Of a DNA stretch of 54,512 nt, positions 35,421-42,911 are shown in pieces. Position 1 is the stretch's first letter. Every line of letters begins with the position of its first letter. Source of the DNA: Candidatus Pacearchaeota archaeon (GTDB taxonomy: Archaea; Nanobdellota; Nanobdellia; Pacearchaeales; GW2011-AR1); NCBI GenBank assembly GCA_042218235.1, contig JBDGRI010000036.1, positions 1-54,512 on the forward strand, written 5' to 3'. The position numbers and the translations under genes are program-made. The notes under the pieces are model-generated. The model saw only the letters and a list, made by a program, of their open reading frames with translations, was not told the DNA's origin and did no database searches.

Positions 35421-37049
35421 CTAAGAATTCTTAATCTGGATGTACTCCTTGAATTTTGAGACTACTTTGTCTTTGGAATTAGGTATGAAGTTTAAAGAGC
35501 CGGCGTTTTTGTGGCCTCCACCCTTTATGAAAGCTTCTGGTACTTGTTCTTTTAAGAATTCCAAAAGTTCATGGATAGAGAAGTTGACATCGTCGGAAAC
35601 ACGGATTGTAATTGCAGAACTTAAGATCCCTGCAGTGATTACATTTTCCATTCCTTTATCATAGACAGAGTAATCTTGTAGCATACCTATTGTTCGTCCT
35701 GGTTTAGGATAAAAGCCGAATCCAGGGAAATCTTGTTCTACTTGGAGTGTCTGGAAGTTTACATTTCCTAGCTTTTCGGTTACTACCGCAGATTTTGCCA
35801 TTTCCAATCCTGTTTGCTCGAGCTTTTCAATATAAGGAGCCATTAATTCGACCAATTTCTTTTGTTGGTCTCTTGGTTCTCCGAAAAGAACTTCAATGTA
35901 TTCTCTTGCCTCAAGGAATTTTAGTTTAGCTGAAACAAATTCAATAAGCCCTTCGATTTTCCCTAAAACCTCTTTTTCATAACCTTCTTTTTCTGCTATA
36001 TCCATATATTGTTTCATCACTTCTTCGTTTCCGATCCTATCAGCCAGGCCTGCCATTGCAGGAATTTGGAAGATATTTTCTACTTCCGGGTTTATGAATC
36101 TAGCAATTTCTGTACAAAGCATTCCTGCAGACATCAAATTTCCGTCGTCTCCGTTCAAGTGAGGGTTAATATGTGCCAAAGTTTCATTAGAGATTACATC
36201 TTCTTCGAAGTAATGGTGGTCAATAACTATAAAATCCATTCCGTGGATTTTCCCTTGTTGGATTGGCATCAAGTCTTCTTCGGAAGAACCATTGTCTGCT
36301 ATAATTACCAAAGGCATTTTATTAGAGAATTTTGCGAAGTTCCTCAGGGCCATTGAAGAGTCCCTTATTGAATCGTCGATTTCGTAGAAAGGTGCTGTGC
36401 AAGGGGCTCTAGTAAAGAATTCCCAGGCGGCTTTTTCCGAATCATGTTGTTGTTTAAGCAAAGGCACGATTGCTCTTTCTAGAGTGTAGCCGGAACTATA
36501 ACCGTCTGCGTCATTGTGATGTCGAACAATTATTGGCCTGTTTTCTAGGATGGCCATCCTTATTTCTGTTGCTGCCTTAACAAACCTGTCATGGAGTTTA
36601 TCTAGAATTTCGCTCTTAACCAAAAATTCTGTTTGTGGAGGTTGAGCTCTTTCTCGTTTTTTCTCGTTAACAGTGTCGAGAACCTCTTGTTTTTTGTCTC
36701 CTTCTAGTTTATTGATTTTTAGAATTTCTCCCTCATACATACCTTGATATTCTTTGACTTTAACCTCTGCTGAAACGACATCACCTTCTTCAATTTCTTC
36801 GTGAGCTCTTTTACCAGCTTCCAGGAAAGCCTCTAATTTGAAACTTCCTGTCCCGTCTTCAAAAGTAAATAAAGTAGGTCCTTCCGTTTGGTTTACTCCG
36901 TCGATAATTCCTTCTAGATAGAGAGTTTTTCCAACTAAATCACTAGAAATGTCCTTAGCAAAAGCTTTTTTTGGTTTAAAATCGGGTTTATTGAAACCTT
37001 TTTTCTTTGGGTCAAATTTCTTGCTTGGTCCTTTTGAATCATTTTTCAT
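35421..37049 (-). CDS. RecJ/Cdc45-like DHH-family nuclease with N-terminal OB fold
   Basis: N-terminal OB-like segment, then VRHHNDADGYSSG, ADNGSS, VIDHHY (DHH) and GGGHKNAGS (DHHA1). Confidence 0.85.
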   Translation of the reverse strand: MKNDSKGPSKKFDPKKKGFNKPDFKPKKAFAKDISSDLVGKTLYLEGIIDGVNQTEGPTLFTFEDGTGSFKLEAFLEAGKRAHEEIEEGDVVSAEVKVKEYQGMYEGEILKINKLEGDKKQEVLDTVNEKKRERAQPPQTEFLVKSEILDKLHDRFVKAATEIRMAILENRPIIVRHHNDADGYSSGYTLERAIVPLLKQQHDSEKAAWEFFTRAPCTAPFYEIDDSIRDSSMALRNFAKFSNKMPLVIIADNGSSEEDLMPIQQGKIHGMDFIVIDHHYFEEDVISNETLAHINPHLNGDDGNLMSAGMLCTEIARFINPEVENIFQIPAMAGLADRIGNEEVMKQYMDIAEKEGYEKEVLGKIEGLIEFVSAKLKFLEAREYIEVLFGEPRDQQKKLVELMAPYIEKLEQTGLEMAKSAVVTEKLGNVNFQTLQVEQDFPGFGFYPKPGRTIGMLQDYSVYDKGMENVITAGILSSAITIRVSDDVNFSIHELLEFLKEQVPEAFIKGGGHKNAGSLNFIPNSKDKVVSKFKEYIQIKNS

Positions 37050-37178
37050 AGAAAAAATAAAAAAACTAGGGGTTTAAAAAATTATGTCTTTGTTCAGATA
37101 AGCCATTTTAGACGAAAGGCCAATCAAGGTTGTTGAAAGAAAAAGCTTTAAAAAAACATTTTTATTTGTCTAGATTGG

Positions 37179-37286
37179 AATATCAGATTACCATCACTCT
37201 CACACTCATTTTTCGCTTAAAAAGTGAAAAGTGGCAGAAAGTCTTGTGTTGGACTTTAGACTAGCGAGTGATGTGTTTCTGATATT
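37179..37286. other. 108-nt imperfect inverted repeat / candidate structured RNA
   Basis: Outer stem AATATCAGA (37179-87) pairs with TCTGATATT (37278-86). Second stem CATCACTC (37192-99) pairs with GAGTGATG (37266-73). These enclose a T5/A5 hairpin (~37206-27) and the hairpin AAAGTC/GACTTT (37238-57). Confidence 0.4.
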
Positions 37287-37342
37287 AAATTAAAGTAAAA
37301 GAACCGTAGGTTCGTTCAAAACTAAATTAGAGGTATTAAAAA

Positions 37343-38506
37343 ATGGCAAAAGTAAGTCCGACATCGATTAAGTACATGATTCATGCAAATTTCTCGGCTG
37401 AAGGGGCTTTAGAGAGGCCGGATATTGTTGGCGCTATATTCGGTCAAACAGAAGGACTTCTTGGAGCAGAACTCGATATGAGAGATTTGCAGAAAGAAGG
37501 AAAAATCGGACGAGTTGAAGTAGATGTACAAAGGGAAGGAAAAAGGACTCTTGGTAAAATCAAGATACCTACTGCCTTAGACCAGTCAGAAACAACTTTG
37601 ATTGGAGCGGCTATCGAGACAATTGAAAGAATTGGTCCTGCAGACTCACAAATAGAAGTTGAAAACATAGAAGATGTTCGAGGCAGTAAAAGAGATTATA
37701 TACTTGATAGGGCCAAGAAGTTGATGCAGGATTTCGGTTCTGAGGACTCAAAAGAGATTTCAAAGAAAATCAAAGAGTCACAAAGAACAGCAAATATCCA
37801 AAAATATGGCGAAGACGAGCTTCCTTGTGGAGAAATAGAAAACAACAAAGAAGTTGTAGTTGTCGAGGGAAGAGCCGATGTTGTAAATATGCTTAAAGCA
37901 GGTGTTAACAACGTTATAGCCATGAACGGTGTGAAGCTTCCTGAAACAGTTAAGAAACTTAGCCAAGAAAAGGACATTACCTTGTTTGTTGACGGAGACA
38001 GGGGCGGAAAGCTTATTATCCAAAATGTAATGGATAACGCAAACGTCAAGTATGTAGCTGTTGCCCCCGAAGGCAAGGAAGTAGAGGAACTTGAGAGTAA
38101 AGAATCTCACATGGCCTTAAGGAAGAAAATTCCTGCACAAGAGTACAAGAAAAAGTACATGAAAGGACAAAAAGCCTCAGAACCTGAAGAAGAATCTCAA
38201 GAGGTCGAGCAAAAAACAATAGAGCTTGACGACGAAAAAAAGGAGCAAATTAAGGAAAAATTCCAAGAAAATGAAGGCTCCGAAAAAACAATTTTCCTAG
38301 ATTGCGACCTTAGCGAAAAAAGAACTACTTCTACTAAAACCCTCGGAGCTGTATTGAAAAGAGTAAAAGACAAACCTTGTGTTTTGGTTATTGATGGGAC
38401 AGCGACTAAGACCATAATAAATGGTGCTGAAGAAGCTGGATGTCAAGTAGTAGCTGCAAAAAATTTCGAATCCAATAGCGAGAATCTCAAGCTACTCAGT
38501 TTTTAG
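37343..38506 (+). CDS. dnaG: archaeal DnaG primase (Toprim)
   Basis: Conserved archaeal DnaG N-terminus (IKYMIHANFSAEGALERPDIVGAIFGQTEGLLG). Toprim motifs VVVEGRADV and FVDGDRGG. Confidence 0.92.
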   Translation: MAKVSPTSIKYMIHANFSAEGALERPDIVGAIFGQTEGLLGAELDMRDLQKEGKIGRVEVDVQREGKRTLGKIKIPTALDQSETTLIGAAIETIERIGPADSQIEVENIEDVRGSKRDYILDRAKKLMQDFGSEDSKEISKKIKESQRTANIQKYGEDELPCGEIENNKEVVVVEGRADVVNMLKAGVNNVIAMNGVKLPETVKKLSQEKDITLFVDGDRGGKLIIQNVMDNANVKYVAVAPEGKEVEELESKESHMALRKKIPAQEYKKKYMKGQKASEPEEESQEVEQKTIELDDEKKEQIKEKFQENEGSEKTIFLDCDLSEKRTTSTKTLGAVLKRVKDKPCVLVIDGTATKTIINGAEEAGCQVVAAKNFESNSENLKLLSF

Positions 38507-38514
38507 ATTATTTT

Positions 38515-38540
38515 AAGGGCCATTGACCCTTTTTTCTTTC
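38515..38540 (+). terminator. hairpin plus oligo-T terminator candidate after dnaG
   Basis: AAGGG-ccattga-CCCTT runs into TTTTTTCTTTC, 9 nt after the dnaG stop. Confidence 0.4.
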
Positions 38541-38716
38541 TATTTTTTATTTGTCTGGAGGGAGCTGAAGTGCCACTAAGTATCACTGACATGTCGTGAC
38601 TAAATAATAACTCTTTTATGTTATTATCATAAAGTTTATAAAGGAATTAGTATAGATTTAATTGAAGATTAGCCGAAAACAATGTTTTCGGGTAATTAAA
38701 TGAATTAAGGAAAAAC

Positions 38717-39976
38717 ATGAAAATGAAAGCAATAAAAAGCATGCTGGTGATGCTGGTGGCTATCGCATCATTGATGGTTGCTGCTGGCACTGTTACTGCA
38801 GGACCAAATGATGTTGGAGAAATCAAAGAAGTAGAAGTTAGTGGAACTAACGTTTACACTAACACTGGTGGCCAAACAACAAACCTAGGCATTACTGCTG
38901 GTGAAACTGTTTCTGTAAGAGTTTTGTTTGAAGCCAACAAGACAATCCAAAACGTCAGAATGGAAGCCCAAATCGAAGGCCAAAAAGATGACGTAGAAGC
39001 TAAGACCGGATTGTTTAATGTTGAAAACGGAACGACTTACACTAAGACGTTCTTGATGGAGATTCCATATGAACTTCAAGATGATAAAAGTGGAAACGCT
39101 ACACTTGATTTAGAGATGTGGAACGACAACTACAGGACAGAACTAGGAAACCCTATAGAGTTGAAAGTTCAAAGGCCTTCCTACACTGCGAACATTGTAT
39201 CTATTGAATCTCCCCAAAACGCAAGAGCAGGGGAAGTTTATCCTGTAGATGTTGTTCTTAAGAACAGAGGTTACAACGACCTTGATGAGGTCATGGTTAC
39301 TGTAAGTGTTCCAAAACTAGGAATTCAAAGAACTTCTTACTTCGGTGACTTGTCTAGCATAGGAAGTGTCAAAAACGAAGACGACGAAGAAGACGACACT
39401 GAAAAAGGAAGGTTCTTCCTAGAAATTCCTTCAGATGCCAAGAAAGGACAATATACAGTGAATGTTAAGGCTTCAAACGATGAAACATCTGCAAGCGACA
39501 GTAAACAATTCAACGTACAAAACGAGTTTTCGTCAGGAAACGTTTTCGTTGATAGCTTGAAGAAGACGGCTTCAGGTGGATCTGCAAACTTCGAAGTATC
39601 TGTTGCAAACCCTACAAACAGATTGAGAGTGTTCAGAGTGGTTTCTCAACCACAAGGAGACGTTAGCGTTTCTCCAAGCACTCAGATAGTTTCAGTTCCA
39701 GGCGGGATGTCTAAGAGCGTCCAAATTTCTGCAAAACCTCAATCAGAAGGCGAACAAAAATTTGATGTAAACGTTCTGGCTGGAGAGGACTTAGTAGGTA
39801 GCAAGACACTTACAGTTGCTCAAGGCGGAGACTCTTCGAGTGACAGCGGTAGTGGCTCTGTAATAGCATTGACAATTATCCTTGCAGTGATCTTCTTGGT
39901 CCTGCTAGGAATCCTGATAGTGCTACTTAGAAAGAAGCCAGCAGAAACTGAAGAATTCGGAGAAAGTTATTATTAA
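38717..39976 (+). CDS. secreted, C-terminally anchored cell-surface protein (S-layer-like, CARDB-like repeats)
   Basis: Sec-type signal peptide (LVAIASLMVAAGTVTA-GP), beta-rich repeats (VVLKNRGYNDLDEVMVTVSVP), Ser/Gly linker, C-terminal TM (ALTIILAVIFLVLLGILIVLL) and a short tail. Confidence 0.75.
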   Translation: MKMKAIKSMLVMLVAIASLMVAAGTVTAGPNDVGEIKEVEVSGTNVYTNTGGQTTNLGITAGETVSVRVLFEANKTIQNVRMEAQIEGQKDDVEAKTGLFNVENGTTYTKTFLMEIPYELQDDKSGNATLDLEMWNDNYRTELGNPIELKVQRPSYTANIVSIESPQNARAGEVYPVDVVLKNRGYNDLDEVMVTVSVPKLGIQRTSYFGDLSSIGSVKNEDDEEDDTEKGRFFLEIPSDAKKGQYTVNVKASNDETSASDSKQFNVQNEFSSGNVFVDSLKKTASGGSANFEVSVANPTNRLRVFRVVSQPQGDVSVSPSTQIVSVPGGMSKSVQISAKPQSEGEQKFDVNVLAGEDLVGSKTLTVAQGGDSSSDSGSGSVIALTIILAVIFLVLLGILIVLLRKKPAETEEFGESYY

Positions 39977-40017
39977 TTTTTTAACTTTATTTTTTTACTT
40001 TCTCTTTTTTTATTTTT

Positions 40018-41313
40018 TTAATTTGAATCTTTTATGGAGATTTCTTTTATGTTCATTTCTTTTAATCTATCTCGGTTGTTTTTTATCCAGTTTTTGAAAA
40101 AATCTTCTAAATGAGAATAGTTTTTTTCCTCGGCGTAAGCCCTTTCGTTTTCAAAAAAGACGCTTTTGTGTTTTGATTTGAATATTTTGAGGTTTTCTTT
40201 GTCTGTTTTTGAAGGGCCTTTGAAGACAATTTTTTCCATTGGTTTTGCCATGTAAACTGCTTTTGATGCTTTGTGGCCGTCGTATTCAAAGTCACTCGCT
40301 TCTAGATTGAAATATTTTGATATTTCTCTGATTAAATGTCTATGGAATTTTTGGAGTTTGCTTCCTGCAATACTTCCTTCTTGTTTGTCTGTTTTTAATT
40401 CTATTAGGACATAGTTGTGTTCCAACTGGTTTGCCTTTGTTTTGTATCTATTAGGCACTAGTTTTCGTGTTTCAAAACTTTCTATTGAAGGACTTTCCAG
40501 GAAAGCATTGGATTCTTTTACGAACCTGTTAAATGTTCTTTTTGACAAGGCTGCTAAGGCGTTACGTTTTTTGTAAGTCGGGTCGATTAAAATTACTGGT
40601 GAATTGAGCTTGGATGAATTTATATCCAATAGGATTTCATTCCTGTTTTTGTAATGCCTTGCCATGTCAATGACGATTTTGTCTTTTCTTTCTTTTACAA
40701 TTTCTTTGAGGAATTTTTCGAAACTTCCGTAATAGATTATCAGAAGTTCTAAGGCGTAACCAGAGAAACCTGAAATGTAAGACTCTGCCCCATATGTTTT
40801 TGTTGCATGGCAAAAAGCCTTGGCTATTTTTATGTCGTCCAGAATTTTTTGTGAAGTGGCGTTATTTTTGACATATTTTACGTGGCTGTAAGACAAGTCA
40901 GTAACGTTAACTGCTTCCTCTGGTTTTGAAATTTTTAAGACGGGAACAAGCTCAATTTCAAGCTCTTCTGAAATGTCGATTTTAAAGTAATCCCTGGAAC
41001 CGTGGATTTTTTGGACGTTTTTTGTGTCTTTCAAAATTTCTTCGGTCAATTTTGAGAGATCGTCGTTAGCGTGATATTTTTCGAAACGAACAAATAAGTC
41101 AATGTCATACTTACTTTTTTTCATCAAGGTACCTTTAGCAAAACTTCCACCTTCAAAAAAGGTAGCCTTTAAGCTTTTTTCTTTGATTTTATTTCTTAAG
41201 TTTGATTCGAAATTCCTTACAGATTTTTTTAAGAAATCTTTATCTTCTTTTGAAGGTTCTATTCTTTCAAGAACTTGTCTTGAAACCCCTTTTATTGCTT
41301 TTGTGGAAGCCAT
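40018..41313 (-). CDS. cca: tRNA CCA-adding enzyme (archaeal class I nucleotidyltransferase)
   Basis: GGSFAKGTLMKKSKYDIDLFVRF nucleotidyltransferase motif, ~430 aa. Consistent with the tRNA gene lacking an encoded CCA. Confidence 0.9.
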   Translation of the reverse strand: MASTKAIKGVSRQVLERIEPSKEDKDFLKKSVRNFESNLRNKIKEKSLKATFFEGGSFAKGTLMKKSKYDIDLFVRFEKYHANDDLSKLTEEILKDTKNVQKIHGSRDYFKIDISEELEIELVPVLKISKPEEAVNVTDLSYSHVKYVKNNATSQKILDDIKIAKAFCHATKTYGAESYISGFSGYALELLIIYYGSFEKFLKEIVKERKDKIVIDMARHYKNRNEILLDINSSKLNSPVILIDPTYKKRNALAALSKRTFNRFVKESNAFLESPSIESFETRKLVPNRYKTKANQLEHNYVLIELKTDKQEGSIAGSKLQKFHRHLIREISKYFNLEASDFEYDGHKASKAVYMAKPMEKIVFKGPSKTDKENLKIFKSKHKSVFFENERAYAEEKNYSHLEDFFKNWIKNNRDRLKEMNIKEISIKDSN

Positions 41314-41347
41314 ATAGAAATTAAAGAAAAATCCTTTTTATTGTTTT

Positions 41348-41734
41348 TTATTTCTTCTCTTTATCGAAGTTTTTTGTAAAGTCGACCATATACTTGCCTT
41401 CTTCAGTTTTATAGACTATTGGTTTTTTCTTATTAAACAGGTTTACAACGTCCACCTCAAACTTCCCTTCACCTGTTGCTCTTATAGTCTCGAAATCAAG
41501 AATTACCGGAGCTTCTTCATCTTGGACGCCAGCAATATCACGGATGTCTTTTTCGACTTCCTTCTTTTCCTCCTCAGGCAATTCCTGAATCTTGTTTTGT
41601 TCTTCTTTGTTTTGTTCAAGTTGCTCGTTGCTAATATAATAATAAAACTTGCTCCCGCAGTTTCCGCAACCGTCTAAAAGCTCACGGCTTCCTGCAGGAA
41701 TTATTCTAGAACACTTAACACATTGATGAGGCAT
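41348..41734 (-). CDS. Zn-ribbon protein (DUF2072-like)
   Basis: MPHQCVKCSRIIPAGSRELLDGCGNCGSKFYYYI, then an acidic linker and a small C-terminal domain. Confidence 0.7.
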   Translation of the reverse strand: MPHQCVKCSRIIPAGSRELLDGCGNCGSKFYYYISNEQLEQNKEEQNKIQELPEEEKKEVEKDIRDIAGVQDEEAPVILDFETIRATGEGKFEVDVVNLFNKKKPIVYKTEEGKYMVDFTKNFDKEKK

Positions 41735-41788
41735 TATAAAAACTTCAAAAACAAGACCTTAATAAATGTTCTGCTAACCTATAGAAAA

Positions 41789-42208
41789 TTATTTGTTATT
41801 TAGCAAAAGCTCGATTTTTTGAGGATTTCTCTTTATGTCTTTTACTATGTGTGCAGGACCGATAATTGTCATTGCTCCGACATCTCCTTGATACAAGGCG
41901 TTAGCGAGTTTTGTCTTAATTCTTTGTAGAGGACCTTTCTTTTCGCTTTCATCTTCGCCCGAAATTACTGCTAATTCGACGCCTTTAAAGTCTTTAACAT
42001 GGCCCACCATTGCCATTGTGTCTTCAATTAAACGGGTTTCTTCTGAAGGCTTTAACCTGCCTTGTAGAACTAAAATGTTGTTCCCTAAAACAAAATCCAA
42101 AATTTTCTTTATTCTGTCATTACTATTCAAATTTCTTATTTCTCTATAAGGAAGAAATTGGATGGAAAATCCTTTCAACTTTTTGGAGTTGTTATTTTTC
42201 TTAGCCAT
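41789..42208 (-). CDS. conserved archaeal protein (DUF2073-like)
   Basis: 139 aa. NILVLQGRLKPSEETRLIEDTMAMV resembles the DUF2073 signature as I recall it. Confidence 0.6.
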   Translation of the reverse strand: MAKKNNNSKKLKGFSIQFLPYREIRNLNSNDRIKKILDFVLGNNILVLQGRLKPSEETRLIEDTMAMVGHVKDFKGVELAVISGEDESEKKGPLQRIKTKLANALYQGDVGAMTIIGPAHIVKDIKRNPQKIELLLNNK

Positions 42209-42223
42209 TTTTACCTCTTTTGC

Positions 42224-42865
42224 CTAAACCTTTTTTGAAAGATTTATTAAAGATTCATAAAATTCTTCGATGTTTTTTCCGTATTTTGCACTTACACCAA
42301 CTACTTCATATTCTGGGAAAGCGGTTTCTACTTTTTTGATATCTGCTTTTCTTAGGTCAATTTTGTTCGCAACAATTAAAACAGGAATTTTTCTTGCCAT
42401 TAAATTTCCTATAATGGTAGCATTAACTTGATTGTAGGGGTTTTTTGTTCCGTCTAATACAACAACCACTAAATCCATGTCATCCAGCCATTTTATGCTT
42501 TCTACTACCCCTTCAGTGGCAGTCTTAGCCCTTTGCTTAGCTTCCTTCTTCTTCATGTTATATTTCAAGAAATCTTCGTAATCAATTTTTGTAGCAATTC
42601 CGGGGGTATCCACCAACTTGAAACTTAGTTTCTTTCCTTTATAGTTAATTTCGACTTTTTCTTTAAATTGGACATTACGGGTTTCGTGAGGAACCTTGCT
42701 TGTAGATCCCATATCCTCTCCAGTAAAATCTTTACAAATTCTATTTGCAATGCTCGTTTTTCCGGCGTTTGGGGGGCCATAGAAACCTAGTTTAATCTCT
42801 TTTCTTCCTTTGAAAATTTTCTTGAAAGCCCCTTTGAAAAAATTCTTTACTGCTCCAAATACCAT
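42224..42865 (-). CDS. small GTP-binding protein (Era/Arf-like P-loop GTPase)
   Basis: GPPNAGKTS (G1), DTPG (G3), NKID (G4), SAK (G5). Confidence 0.85.
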   Translation of the reverse strand: MVFGAVKNFFKGAFKKIFKGRKEIKLGFYGPPNAGKTSIANRICKDFTGEDMGSTSKVPHETRNVQFKEKVEINYKGKKLSFKLVDTPGIATKIDYEDFLKYNMKKKEAKQRAKTATEGVVESIKWLDDMDLVVVVLDGTKNPYNQVNATIIGNLMARKIPVLIVANKIDLRKADIKKVETAFPEYEVVGVSAKYGKNIEEFYESLINLSKKV

Positions 42866-42911
42866 ATTCGGTTTTTGTTATCAGGGTTTATTAAAGTTTG
42901 TGTAATTAAAT

